Of a stretch of 55,266 nt of DNA, positions 10,201-21,400 are shown one piece after another. Under the pieces are notes generated by a model. It was not told where the DNA came from and did no database searches. It saw nothing but the letters and a program-made list of their open reading frames with translations. The stretch is taken from IMG/VR virus record IMGVR_UViG_3300047560_002167, positions 1-55,266 of that record, one strand, 5' to 3'. Made by a program: the position numbers and the translations under genes. Source of the stretch: a virus (lineage: Duplodnaviria; Caudoviricetes). The stretch's first letter is position 1; every line of letters starts with the position of its first letter.

Positions 10201-11166
10201 GCAAACGCCGCTACAACTGCAACTACTGCTGGCACTGTTACTACAGCGGTTCAACCTAACATTACGAGCACCGGTACACTAACTAGTTTGACTGTAAGTG
10301 GACTATTAACAGCTACTAGTACTGGGGTCAAGACTGCAAACATCTTAGATTCTACTGGCACTGTAGCGATTAATACTAGATATAATAGCAAAGCTGGCTC
10401 GATCGGTGTATACACTGATGTGACTGTGGGTACTAGCGGTACTGGCAATTTAACTGTTAACGGTAACACTAATTTAGGATCCAACGCTAACGTCTACATC
10501 TCTGGTGGTGATCCAGATTATGTGCTATCAACTGACGGTGCAGGTAACTTAAGTTGGGTAGCACAAACAGGCGGTGGAGGCGGTGGCGGCTCAAGTATTG
10601 CTAACGGAACAAGTAACGTTAAAATTGCAACAAGCGGTGGCGATATTACTATGACTGTTAACGGTACTGCAAACGTAGTAACCGTTGCTAGTACTGGAGT
10701 CACTATCACCGGAAATACAGATTTGGGCGCAAACTCAAACGTTTTGATTTCTGGTGGTACTAGTGGACAGGTATTAGCTACAAACGGCGATGGAACATTA
10801 TATTGGACTACAGCCGGATCGTCAGTCGTATATCAATTAGATGATTTGTCTAGCTATACTGATGGAGTACTAAACACTTTCATGTTGGCTTACAATCAGT
10901 CTATCGTTGAAATAACCGATCCGTTCGGTATTCTAGTGACTATTAATGGGGCAACACAGCCAGCATGGGTCTGGAATACTGACACAGTTTGGCAAAACTT
11001 TACGTTATCCTCACAAAAAGGATACACAATTATTACCCCGGGGTATCTAACATTTGCAGATCCTCCCCCTGCAGGTGCAGAAATTATGGTCAGAACGGTG
11101 ACCGGGACTACAAATCCAGTACCTAGACGATACCCATTCATGCCTGGCGATATTATGCTAGGATAA
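7201..11166 (+). CDS. Long tail-fibre-like protein with AQPNITSVGTL repeats (1321 aa)
   Basis: Contains eight TA(A/V)QPNITS(V/T)G(T/S)L repeats and many ANLGNxxxANYF repeats. It has poly-Gly hinges after YVLxTDGxGNLSW modules and the phage-fibre motif GNLTVQGNTTYVNVDTFRVEDPVIEL...DRG...FMGWDNS. Confidence 0.8.
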   Translation: MAITLLQPFNFDSSKDYTFANVTATANIIASNANLGNAATANYFIGNGAYLTGLPASYANSNVAAYLPTFTGELKAGNANLGNAATANYFIGNGVYISNIAGANVSGTVANATYATSAGSTGSATTAGTVTTAAQPNITSVGSLTGLTVSNSTGIVDFTTTANVTLGAIANLHISGGTSGYVLQTDGTGNLSWTAQTGGGGGSGTPGGANTQLQFNDAGSFGGSAALTFNKTTNALSLSGNLTVTNANITSNISVGSGSGGNITGANIITANYFVGAGNALSNITAANITGTVANANYSAYAGVVTTAAQPNITSVGTLTNTTLGSSNSLTGGNLVSATYLTGTLTTAAQPNITSVGTLTNTTLGGANSLTGGNLVSANYITGTLTTAAQPNITSVGTLSSLTITANITSGNANLGNLATANYFTGNGALLTAVTGANITGTVANANYATYAGTVLTAAQPNITSVGTLSSLSVTGNLTSGNASLGNVASANIMNLGTGARPANVQTNSALFVVSNTAAASPPISIQNRFATGYSSIDVFNSSNVFMGAMGAANPSATSVPALGNAMYMYSESAGGVGLFANSANVSFSANGNANILVVTGTGANVSGTLNATGNIIGANANLGNIVIANYHSGNGSLLTGITGANVTGTVANATYATSAGSATTAGTLTTAAQPNITSVGTLSSLAVTANANVGNLYSSGQVNGVDAIFTGNLTVQGNTTYVNVDTFRVEDPVIELGGGPNGASLSTNDGKDRGTLLHYYTTAPVDAFMGWDNSNAEFGFGSNVSLSGDVVTWNTYGNVRASYFLGNGSQLTGTIANANYSVYSGIAYSVSGANVSGTVANATYADSAGSATSATSATTAGTVTTAAQPNITSVGTLTGFASNGTVNFANATNVTLGSTSTLHISGGTSGYVLQTDGAGNLSWTAQTGGGGGGSVGGANTEVQYNDSGSFAGSAAFTFNNASNTLTSANIVATANLTAANANLGNAVTANYFIGTFYGTANAATTATTAGTVTTAVQPNITSTGTLTSLTVSGLLTATSTGVKTANILDSTGTVAINTRYNSKAGSIGVYTDVTVGTSGTGNLTVNGNTNLGSNANVYISGGDPDYVLSTDGAGNLSWVAQTGGGGGGGSSIANGTSNVKIATSGGDITMTVNGTANVVTVASTGVTITGNTDLGANSNVLISGGTSGQVLATNGDGTLYWTTAGSSVVYQLDDLSSYTDGVLNTFMLAYNQSIVEITDPFGILVTINGATQPAWVWNTDTVWQNFTLSSQKGYTIITPGYLTFADPPPAGAEIMVRTVTGTTNPVPRRYPFMPGDIMLG
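7306..7475 (+). repeat. Exact 32-nt direct repeat (7306-7337 and 7444-7475) within the fibre gene
   Basis: ggaaatgcagctacagctaactattttattgg occurs at both positions and encodes GNAATANYFIG. Confidence 0.9.
8116..8400 (+). repeat. 120-bp (40-aa) coding tandem repeat, about 2.4 copies
   Basis: Units start at 8116, 8236 and 8356 and encode TTAAQPNITSVGTLTNTTLGxxNSLTGGNLVSAxYxTGTL. The segment taactcattaaccggtggtaacttagta is identical in the first two copies. Confidence 0.9.
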
Positions 11167-11178
11167 GAAAAATTAGAG

Positions 11179-11185
11179 ATAAATA
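11179..11185 (+). promoter_or_regulatory. Putative T4-like late promoter core (ATAAATA)
   Basis: Intergenic, upstream of a GGAG SD (11203-11206) and the ATG at 11212. It matches 7 of 8 positions of TATAAATA. Confidence 0.5.
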
Positions 11186-11211
11186 TATAATCGCAATCAA
11201 TTGGAGCAAAC

Positions 11212-14200
11212 ATGGCTAGAAAAACACTTTTAAGTACGTATTACACATTCAATCCTACTACTAGGACAATCGTTATTCCTCAAGCAGTCCCCAGAGAAAG
11301 ACTGGTTTTAATCACTAACGTGATGACGGATACCGTAGTATATAACTTTTCGGACAACAACTTAAAGGCAACCGCATATACGATTGCAACAGATGCGTTG
11401 GGCAATACGACTACAACAGTAACGTTGCAGTATAATACCGCTGCAATGAGCGCATCTGATGAATTGCAAATTCTAATTGATGAATATGACGAGAAATTTA
11501 GCCCAAGCGAAGTATATACTGATCCAGTAAACAAGATTAGAACTAGCCAACCACAAGCATTGATTGATACTGACTTTGAATATAGTACACAAGCTACTAA
11601 GTGGGAAAGTTTAGCGATGATTGATAATCGTCCGTTTGCTTACTATAACGTTAACAGCCCATTGTTGATTACTGATGTAACTGCGACTAACGCTTCACGT
11701 ACTATTACTGTAACAGCTACTTCTGGCGCACCAGCTGCCGGTACTGCGGTCTATATCTTAGATACTACATATGCAGGCGCCGATGGTCTATACATCGTTG
11801 ATACAAGTAACGGCTCAACATCATTTACATATACCGCAAGATTGCGTTATACAGGTACTACCGGTAGTATTTTTGTTTCTGGTATCACTTCAGGATATAC
11901 AGGATCTATCTATACAGGTGCAAGTATTGCAATGTCAGGTATTACTTATTCAAGTACTGCTGTCACAGTAACAACTACTTATCCACATGGATTGGCAGTA
12001 GGTAACGAAATTGCATTAACTGGTACATCAGCATCAACGAATGCTCCAAACGGTTCATGGACTGTTGCTACTGTCACTAGTCCAACTTCATTCGTATTCT
12101 ATGCAACTAATGCTCCGACTGGTTCTATTACTGGTGGTACTTTATATTGCAGACCAACTGGTGGGTTTAACCACAGAGCATTTGATGGTGGTGTACAGTT
12201 TAGTACAAACGCACAAAGTCACAATCAACAAATGATTCGTCAAACTCGTAGATACTTCCGTTATCAATCAGGTAAGGGTATTCAAGTATCTACTGGTACA
12301 TTATTGAAACCAAGCATTAACGTTGATAGTATTACAAGTTCAGGTACTACTGTTACTGTTGTAACTAAGTTACCGCATAACTTAAACCCGGGTGTAGGTA
12401 TTACAATTGCTCGTTGCAACGAGACTGCGTATAATGGAGCATTTACGGTTGCAACAGTCATTGACCCATATAAATTTACATACACCTCATTAAGCGCTCC
12501 TAGCGCCGCAACTGCTAGTGGAAATTATGTTCTATCAGTGACTACTTGGAACGGTGCAACAACTCGTGTAGGTGTTTTTGATAATCAAAACGGTATCTTC
12601 TTTGAATTTGATGGTCAAACATTGTATGCAGTTAGACGTAGTTCAACATATCAATTGAGCGGCTCTGCTAGTGTAACTGCAAACTCAAGTACAGTTACCG
12701 GTATCACATTGAACGGTGTGACTACTAACTTCAGCAAACAATTACAACCTGGTGATTTTATTGTCATTAAGGGTATGAGTTATCGTGTTGATACTATTGC
12801 AAGTGACACAAGTATGACAATCGTTCCACCGTATCGTGGAACTACTGTAGGAAACGTCACTATCAGCAAGACGGTTGATTTAAGAATTCCACAAAGTCAA
12901 TGGAATATTGACCGTGCTGACGGCACAGGACCATCAGGTTATAATTTAGACTTGAGTAGAATGCAAATGTTCTACATGGACTATTCATGGTATGGTGCTG
13001 GCTTTATTCGCTGGGGATTCAGAGGCGCAACTGGTGATTGTATTTATTGCCATAAGTTAATTAACAACAACATCAATTATGATGCATACATGCGTTCTGG
13101 TAACTTACCTGCACGTTATGAGACTAACACATTTGCAAAAATGGCGATATTAACGTCAACATGTTCAAGTTCTGATACATCAATTAACGTAACGGATCAT
13201 GCTACATGGCCCACCGCTGGTACTATTTGGGTGCATAACGGTTCTCAAAGTGAGTTCATTAACTACACCGGCAAGAGCCAAGTTGCAAGTTTGACTGGTA
13301 CTACTACATTAGGTAGTTTTAATATTAGTATGACAAATACTAGTGGTGTAGTTGTAGGACAATATGTAACTGGTACTGGCATTCCATACGGAACAACAGT
13401 TCAATCTATTGTTTCAAATACAAGCGTTACATTAAGTGTTCTACCAACATTTGCTGTTACTAGTGGAACATTCTTATTTGGACCAACGTTGACAGGTTTA
13501 ACAAGAGGTCAAGGTGGCGGATCATTGACATTTACTACTACAACAGGTAGCCCTGTAATCACTGGTGCAAGTACTAGTGGTATTCAAGTTGGACAATATG
13601 TAATTGGAACTGGTATTCCACCTAACGCATATGTAACATCTATTGTTACTAACACTAGTGTTTCATTAAGTGAAGCTGCAACTGCATCGGGTTCTGTTAG
13701 TTTAATTTTCCCACCAATGGGTCAAACTGCACAAACATTCACATATAGTGCTACTGCACCAACCGCAGTTGAATTACATGCACCTGAATTCGCTCCAACT
13801 ATCAGTCACTGGGGTACATCAGTTATTATGGATGGTAGATTTGACGATGATAAATCATTCGTTTTTACACGCGGTATGACAACTACAGTATCAGTGACAA
13901 ACGGTAACAACAACGCCATTATGAGTTTCCGTATCGCACCTACAGTAAGTAACGGTGTTACTTCAAGTATCTTGGGTACTCGTGAAATTATCAACCGTAT
14001 GCAGATGGTTTTGCGTAACATGGACTTGTTCAGTAACGGTCAATTTTTGATTACATTGGTATTGAACGGGGTCGTTTCAAGTGCTACACCAAACTGGGCT
14101 TCACAAGGCGGCTCAAGTCTAGCTCAATATATTACACATTCAGCAGGTACTACGTTATCCGGTGGTGAAGTTGTATATGGATTCTTCTTGAACACTGCAG

Positions 14201-14403
14201 GTGGTACAAACTATACAACTACATCAGTTGAATTGAACTTATTACGTGATATGGGTACAAGTATTTTAGGCGGTGGCGCGGCAGCAGGTAACACTGCTAT
14301 CTATCCAGATGGACCAGACGTTATTACTGTTATGGCACAGAACATTGGTTCAGGTGCAGCAAACATATTCGGTCGTGTATCATGGACTGAAGCACAAGCA
14401 TAA
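11212..14403 (+). CDS. Putative virion structural protein (1063 aa)
   Basis: GGAG SD. The motifs DPVNKIRTSQPQALIDTDFEY, RQTRRYFRYQSGKG and DYSWYGAGFIRWG are ones I recognise from structural proteins of T4-like aquatic phages. It has small inserted beta-domains (TVTTTYPHGLAVG, VTKLPHNLNPG) and two GxxVGQYVxGTGIP repeats. Confidence 0.7.
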   Translation: MARKTLLSTYYTFNPTTRTIVIPQAVPRERLVLITNVMTDTVVYNFSDNNLKATAYTIATDALGNTTTTVTLQYNTAAMSASDELQILIDEYDEKFSPSEVYTDPVNKIRTSQPQALIDTDFEYSTQATKWESLAMIDNRPFAYYNVNSPLLITDVTATNASRTITVTATSGAPAAGTAVYILDTTYAGADGLYIVDTSNGSTSFTYTARLRYTGTTGSIFVSGITSGYTGSIYTGASIAMSGITYSSTAVTVTTTYPHGLAVGNEIALTGTSASTNAPNGSWTVATVTSPTSFVFYATNAPTGSITGGTLYCRPTGGFNHRAFDGGVQFSTNAQSHNQQMIRQTRRYFRYQSGKGIQVSTGTLLKPSINVDSITSSGTTVTVVTKLPHNLNPGVGITIARCNETAYNGAFTVATVIDPYKFTYTSLSAPSAATASGNYVLSVTTWNGATTRVGVFDNQNGIFFEFDGQTLYAVRRSSTYQLSGSASVTANSSTVTGITLNGVTTNFSKQLQPGDFIVIKGMSYRVDTIASDTSMTIVPPYRGTTVGNVTISKTVDLRIPQSQWNIDRADGTGPSGYNLDLSRMQMFYMDYSWYGAGFIRWGFRGATGDCIYCHKLINNNINYDAYMRSGNLPARYETNTFAKMAILTSTCSSSDTSINVTDHATWPTAGTIWVHNGSQSEFINYTGKSQVASLTGTTTLGSFNISMTNTSGVVVGQYVTGTGIPYGTTVQSIVSNTSVTLSVLPTFAVTSGTFLFGPTLTGLTRGQGGGSLTFTTTTGSPVITGASTSGIQVGQYVIGTGIPPNAYVTSIVTNTSVSLSEAATASGSVSLIFPPMGQTAQTFTYSATAPTAVELHAPEFAPTISHWGTSVIMDGRFDDDKSFVFTRGMTTTVSVTNGNNNAIMSFRIAPTVSNGVTSSILGTREIINRMQMVLRNMDLFSNGQFLITLVLNGVVSSATPNWASQGGSSLAQYITHSAGTTLSGGEVVYGFFLNTAGGTNYTTTSVELNLLRDMGTSILGGGAAAGNTAIYPDGPDVITVMAQNIGSGAANIFGRVSWTEAQA

Positions 14404-14412
14404 GGATTTACA

Positions 14413-14937
14413 ATGTTAACTAATAGCGAATTACAAGTATTACCGGCAATCTCTGACAACGCTACATTTTATGTAGAGTTACAAACGTCAACTGTCGGTT
14501 CTACTGGTTCGCTATACGCAAGTCCTAATCTAACGTTTGTTCCAGCAACAAATACGTTAGGGCTTAACGGAACTGTAAACATCAATGGTTTATCACTAAC
14601 TAATAATACCGCTGAGAAAAGAGTTGCTCCATCAATTATCAACGGTGCTGTCACTTTAAACTTAGCAGATGCTACATTGTTTGATGTATATTTGAACGCA
14701 AGCATTACTCAATTTATTATCTTAAACGTTCAACCCGTAGGTAGAATTAGCTCGTTTGTGTTAGTAGTTACGGCTGACGGTACAACCCGTCCTGTGATTT
14801 GGCCCACTAACTTTAAATGGCCCTCAGGTACAGCACCTACCATCACAACTACTGCCGGTAAAAAAGATGTGTTTTTATTTTTTACAGTTGACGCTGGCTC
14901 AACTTGGCAGTGCTTTATTACTGGACAGAATTTATAA
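14413..14937 (+). CDS. Short fibre/adaptor protein (174 aa)
   Basis: AAGGA SD. The C-terminal domain SFVLVVTADG...WPTNFKWPSGTAPTITTTAGKKDVFLF...TW is a common phage fibre-tip/adaptor signature. Confidence 0.65.
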   Translation: MLTNSELQVLPAISDNATFYVELQTSTVGSTGSLYASPNLTFVPATNTLGLNGTVNINGLSLTNNTAEKRVAPSIINGAVTLNLADATLFDVYLNASITQFIILNVQPVGRISSFVLVVTADGTTRPVIWPTNFKWPSGTAPTITTTAGKKDVFLFFTVDAGSTWQCFITGQNL

Positions 14938-15473
14938 TGGCTAACTATGCACATATTGAAAACAATGAAATTACAGGTGTTTATGATTTAATTCCAGATA
15001 ACTGGAGAAACATAAGCAACTTTTCTGCATTGGATGATATGGCATTCATCCAATCATTGGGCTGGAGAGCAATAGTAAAACAGTTTCCACTCATTGACGA
15101 AAACACCCAAAAATTGGGTAATCCTATATATAGAATTGAAAACGATTCCGTTATAGAAACATACGAGGTAATCACGTTACCTACATATTCTCAACCAGAA
15201 CAAGTTGAGCCAACCGAAGAACAGCTTATTCAGTATAAGATAAATATACATATAAACGCTATGGCTCAATTAAGAATGAAACGAGATACACTTTTACTTG
15301 CCACTGATTATACTCAGTTGGCAGATGTCATGACCCTTAATGGAGAAGAATTGACAGCAGCTTTCAACACATATAGACAAGAGTTAAGAGATTTAACTAA
15401 CCTATATGAAAACGATCCAGAATTCTTGGATGAAAGAACTGTTGTTTATCCTGTTATACCTGGGAGCAATTAA
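14937..15473 (+). CDS. Phage tail (fibre) assembly chaperone (178 aa)
   Basis: The ATG at 14937 overlaps the upstream TAA (TAATG) and is preferred over the TTG at 14904. The C-terminal LRMKRDTLLLATDYTQLAD...YRQELRDL matches the Phage_tail_APC-type motif RxxRDxLLxxxDxTQLxD...YRQxLRD. Confidence 0.75.
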   Translation: MANYAHIENNEITGVYDLIPDNWRNISNFSALDDMAFIQSLGWRAIVKQFPLIDENTQKLGNPIYRIENDSVIETYEVITLPTYSQPEQVEPTEEQLIQYKINIHINAMAQLRMKRDTLLLATDYTQLADVMTLNGEELTAAFNTYRQELRDLTNLYENDPEFLDERTVVYPVIPGSN

Positions 15474-18400
15474 ATGAGCTCCTTAGCATTAAGATTACTT
15501 GCGGCGCAACAGTTTGCGCAGGGTCCTAATACTACCCTCTATATGTGGGGCAATAACTCCTATGGTCAATTGGGGGTATCCAGTGTTAACAGTTATTATA
15601 GCTGGAGTCAATTAAGCAGTGGTGCCTCTCATTCTGTTGCTATTCGTAGTGACGGTTCGTTATTTGCTTGGGGAAACAACACTTCAGGTCAGTTAGGTGA
15701 TGCTACTACTATTAGCAGAAATAGCCCAGTTCAAATTGGTGTTTCAAGTTGGAGTCAAGTAGCTGCCGGCGCATTTCATACTATAGGTATTAAAGTTGAT
15801 GGTACGCTATGGGGTTGGGGCAACAACACATACAATCAATTAAACAACTACTTATTGCCTAATAGCTCATATCCTATATTAATCAGTAGTGATAGTTGGT
15901 CACAAATAAGTGCAGGTGGAATTCACAATTCTGCAATTAAATTAGACGGTAGTCTATGGACTTGGGGTGGTAACACATCGGGTCAGTTGGGTGTAAATAA
16001 TGCATTTACTAAATTTAGTTTAGGCACAGGTCATTATGCTGCTATAAGAGCAGACGGCACATTATGGACCGGCGGCACTAATGCTTCAGGTCAGCTTGGT
16101 GATGGTACTACGGTCGCTAAACTTATCACTGATATTCCTTCTGTACAAATTCCCGGGAGCTGGACTAATGTTATGGCTTCATCGGATCTTACTTTCGCTC
16201 TCCGAGGAGATGGAACGTTGTGGTCATGGGGGGCAAACGGCTTCGGCCAACTAGGCTTAGGGGACACAATTAGTAGAAGTGCTCCGATACAAATTTCAGG
16301 ACAATCTAATATTGTCGAAATAGGAACTGCAATACACGATACTGCGGGCATGACGACATTTTGGAGAGACTCGGCATACAGAGTGTTCGGTGCAGGTTAT
16401 AACACATTAGGTTCCTTAGGAGACGGTACTTTAAGTTCTCGTAGTAGTCCAGTACAAGTAGCATTCCCACCAACACAAGCCGGATTAGGTGCAGGAATAG
16501 GAGTCGGTTCTTCTATCCTTACTAACGGTACTTTGTGGGTATGGGGAACTAATAACTATGGTCAATTAGGAAATAACACAACCGTCAATCAGAGTTCTCC
16601 TATCCAATTGGGAACAGATAAATGGCTTGCTATAGCAGGCAATGACGGTGGATTATACGGGATTAAAGATAACTATACATTATGGTCTTGGGGTAATAAC
16701 ATATATGGACAGTTAGGTGATGGTACTACTATTAGTAGAAGTAGCCCAGTGCAAATTGCAGGTAGCTGGAGTCAAATCATCGGTGGGTACGGATCAACGT
16801 ATGCACTTGATATGAACAACACACTATGGTCATGGGGCCGTAACGATTTAGGCCAATTAGGACAAAACACCACAATTAACAGAAGCAGCCCTATACAAGT
16901 TAGTACAAACCAGTGGAAACAACTTGAATCTGAAACGTATCACGTAATCGGATTGCGAAGTGATAATGCTATATTTACATGGGGTCAAAATCACGTAGGT
17001 CAATTGGGATTAAGTGATACTGTTAATCGCAGTTCACCTACACAAGTTGGCACTAGTTCGTGGAGTCAAATCGCATCTAATGGCACTGGTACATTTGCAA
17101 TTACCGTAGATAATAAATTATTTACATGGGGTGATGGAAGTCAAGGTGACTTAGGTAGCACTGCAACAGTGTCAAGAAGCAGCCCAGTGCAAGTTGGTAC
17201 AAGTAGCTGGACTCAAATAGCTGCGGGTGGCAGAACAGTGATTGCGACTAGATTAGATTACACCTTATGGGCTTGGGGATTTAATTTAAACGGCGAAGTA
17301 GGTGACAACACCGTTATCTTTAGAAGCAGCCCGGTTCAAATCAGTACTAGTAGTTGGATAACTATTCAATCATCAGGCGGCACAAGTTTTGCTGCACGAT
17401 TGGATGGCACATTATGGGCTTGGGGTGGTAACACCACAGGGCAGATAGGTGATACTTCTACTCTCAATAGAAGCAGCCCGGTTCAAGTTTCTATCGGTTC
17501 AGTATTCAAGGGCATGAAGTATTTAGGTGGAGGTTCTCGTGCTTCCGGTGCATTAGACTTTGGTAATAAATTATGGACTTGGGGTATCGGAACAAGCGGT
17601 TCAAGAGGTGATGGTACAACATCTAACAGGGCTATCGCAGTATTGACCATGCAAGATAAACTTTGGAATACTGTAAATTTTGGATGGAACTCAGGAAGAG
17701 GGATTGACTCTAACTATAAACTATGGTCATGGGGACTCAACACTCAAGGTCAGGTGGGCGATGGAACCACAATTGACAGAAGTAGTCCGGTGCAAATTGG
17801 TACAATGAGTTGGTCTACCGTAGCAGCGTCTAGCTCACTGCCCAGTGTCGTGGGTGCAACAGTAGATAATACCTTATGGGGTTGGGGTACCAACCAGTAC
17901 AACGTACTTGGTCTCGGCGAAGCTACTACTATCGCTAGAAGTAGCCCTGTGCAAATTGGCAATCTTGGGCCAGTTGACTTTTTGAAAACTACTACCTCTG
18001 AATTAAGTGTAGCACAAACAAATGGTATATTCTATGCATTAGGTGGACTTAAGGCATCAACTGCATTAGGAATTAGTACCCCTACTATTCTTCCTAACTT
18101 CAATTTACCATATCAACGATTATCAAAAGTTAACAATAGTAGTTATTCATTTGTAAGTGCAGGTAAGGCTCATACTACTGCAATCACAGTAGATAACAAA
18201 CTGTTTACTTGGGGTGACAACTCACAGGGTAAGTTGGGAGATTCTACATTCGTAACACGTAGTTCGCCCGTACAAATTGCAGGTGATTGGAATAAAGTTT
18301 CTGCTGGCGGCAGTCATACACTTGCGATAGATAGTCAATATACATTATACAGTTTTGGTAGTAACTATTCAGGGCAATTGGGAACTAATACAGGCAATTC

Positions 18401-21400
18401 TACACCTACATGGGTTAAACTACATGATGGTGCTAATCATACACTAGCTATCAAGAGTGATAGCACACTGTGGGTATGGGGTAAAAATGATGCAGGTCAA
18501 TTAGGTGACGGTACAGTTATCAACAGAAGTAGCCCGGTGCAAATTGATGGTAGCTGGAATAGTGTCAGTGCAGGACAACGTCATACATTAGCTATTAAAA
18601 CTGATGGTTCATTGTTTGCATGGGGATTCAACGTAACAGGTCAACTAGGTTTGAACTACAACGCACCGAGACTCAAATGGAAATCACTAGCTGCCGGCAC
18701 TTTCGCTGTTGCAATTGCACCTGATGATACATTGTGGACTTGGGGTCTAGGTACTGCTGGACAATTAGCAGATAGTACCATCATAAGTAGAAGTTATCCT
18801 ATACAGATAGGCATTGAAAATACATGGGATCAAATATCAATAGGTTATACTCATGCTATTGCAAAGAAAAAAGACGGTACAGTTTGGACTTGGGGAAGTA
18901 ACGCACACGGGGAATTAGGTGACAACACAATCGCTCCTAAATCTAGTCCTGTGCAGGTACCAGGTTTATCTAATGTACTCAGTGTTGCTGCGGGTGGATC
19001 ACATACTGCTGTTATTACAAGTGACAATAGATTGTTTATGTGGGGTAACAACATAAACGGTGCACTTGGTGATAACTCAACTAGCTACAGAAGTAGCCCA
19101 GTGCAGTTAGGTACTACTGGTATAGCATCGGTTTACTTGCAATTATATACAACTCATTTCTTAACCACTGACAACCGATTATTTGCTATGGGAAATAATA
19201 CTAGTGGTCAGTTAGGAGACAGTACAACATCAAGCAGAAGTAGTCCTGTTCAAGTCGGTGGTAGCTGGAATAATATCGCTTCTGTCTATAATTCTATCTA
19301 TGGTATTAAAACTGATAGTACACTATGGTCGTGGGGTGATAACACGAGCGGTAGACTAGCTCACGGCAATACTAACAACCTTCAAAGCAGCCCTGTACAA
19401 ATCGGTACAAGTAGTTGGAGTCAAGTATCTGCATTTGGAACTACAATGCTTGCTAAACGAATTGACAATACATTGTGGGTTGCAGGTAGTAATATAGGTG
19501 ATGGCACAACGTTCGGTAGAAGCACACCTGTACAACTAACGGGATATAGTGCAGGTAATCTAAGCATAGTACAACCTTCTCAAGTGGTTGATATTTCAGG
19601 CTTTGCTGACCAAAACAATAACATATACGTATGGGGAAACAATAACACAAGCGGTGTGCATGGTGATGGCACTACAATCGCAAAATATATACCTACTCCA
19701 GTATTACAATTTGCAAACGTAAGTAGTCCAACACAAGTAACTACCGGTAGCTGGAGTCAAGTAGCAGCCGGTGCATATCATTCATTGGCTATAAAGAGTG
19801 ATGGTGGCTTATATGGATGGGGTCTCAACGATAGAGGTCAAATTGGCGCAGGTATAGTAAGTGTTATCAATTGGACTAAGATTGTAGGAGACTTAACACA
19901 GACTTATGGTATCAGAAGTGATGGTACATTATGGGGATGGGGTAATAATGCTGCAGGTCAATTGGGACAAACAAACGTCACTAACAGAAGCTCGCCGGTA
20001 CAGATTGGTTTAGGTACGTTCAGTGATGTTGCTTCGGGCGATGCTCACGTTCTTGCAGTTACAACAGATGGTAAGTTATTAGGTTGGGGTAAGAATGACT
20101 ATGGTCAAGCCGGCGCATTAAGCTGGGCGCAAATATCTGCAAGTCAAGACCCCGCACCATTCATGTTTGCTATACGTAGTGACGGTGCATTATTTTCTTG
20201 GGGAAGAAATAACTTTGGTCAATTAGGAGATAGTACTACTACAGATAGAAGTAGTCCTGTTGTACTTGATACTAACAGTTGGTCACAAGTTAGTGCAGGT
20301 GTAAACCACGTATTGGCAAAACGTAATGATGGATTATTGTTTGCATGGGGTTTGAATAATGCAGGTCAACTTGGTGATTTCAGTACAGTAGCTCGTAGTA
20401 GCCCAATTCAAATAGGTAATGCGTATCCATCACTGTCATTTAACGGATCTAACGAATATTATACAGTAGCACCTAACACTACATTGGCGTTTGGTGCAGT
20501 TGATTGGACTATTGAAATGTGGGTGTTCTTGAAAGGGTATGCTGCAACATCTACTACTCTATATGATACTAGACCCGCAGGCACTGGTTCAACTGCAACT
20601 TATCAACTTATCAACATTTCATCAACTGGTTTCATAGGTTATAGTAGTGGTGCAGTTGTTTCTGACGGAATCGCAATTGTTCCATTAAACCAGTGGAATC
20701 ATATTGCAGTGTCTAGACAGGGCTCTAGTACTAGATTGTTCTTAAACGGTGTACAAGTTGGTACTACTATAACTGATTCAGTATCTTACATTGTAGGAGC
20801 TAGTAGACCTATTATTGGTAGTGATGGTAACGTACCGAACAGTGCAGGATACAACTTCAACGGATTGATGAGTAATATTAGAATAGTTAAAGGTGTTGCA
20901 GTATACACCGGTAACTTTACCGTACCTACATCACCATTGGAAGCAACACAATCAGCAGGTACTAATATATCTGCTATTACTGCAGGTCAAACTAGTTTGT
21001 TGACTGGTCAGGGATTGTTTGATAGATCAGGAAATAATTTAACTATCTCTCCGTTTGGAACTGCAACAGCCGCACCAGTGACTCCGTTTGCAAGTGTTGA
21101 CAAATTAGTAGGAAGAAATGTACTTCAATTGTCTGCGGGAGATTCTACTTCAATGGCAATTGGTAGTGACAATACACTCTGGGTGTGGGGGTTAAATGCG
21201 AGTGGGCAGTTAGGACAAAACAATACCGTAAATAGAAGTAGTCCGGTACAAGTTACCGGTAGTTGGTCATCTGTGACTGCATACAGCAGCCATGCAGCAG
21301 CAATTACTACGGATAATAGATTGTTTACGTGGGGCTTAAACACTAGTGGTCAGCTGGGTGTTAACGATGTAGTGACACGTAGTAGCCCTGTACAAGTTGA

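Noticed and set aside
14904-14936. ORF-track start at the TTG at 14904 (and likewise the TTG at 172)
   Set aside because: The ATG at 14937 forms a TAATG overlap like the one at 1554. The frame containing 172 is open back to base 1.
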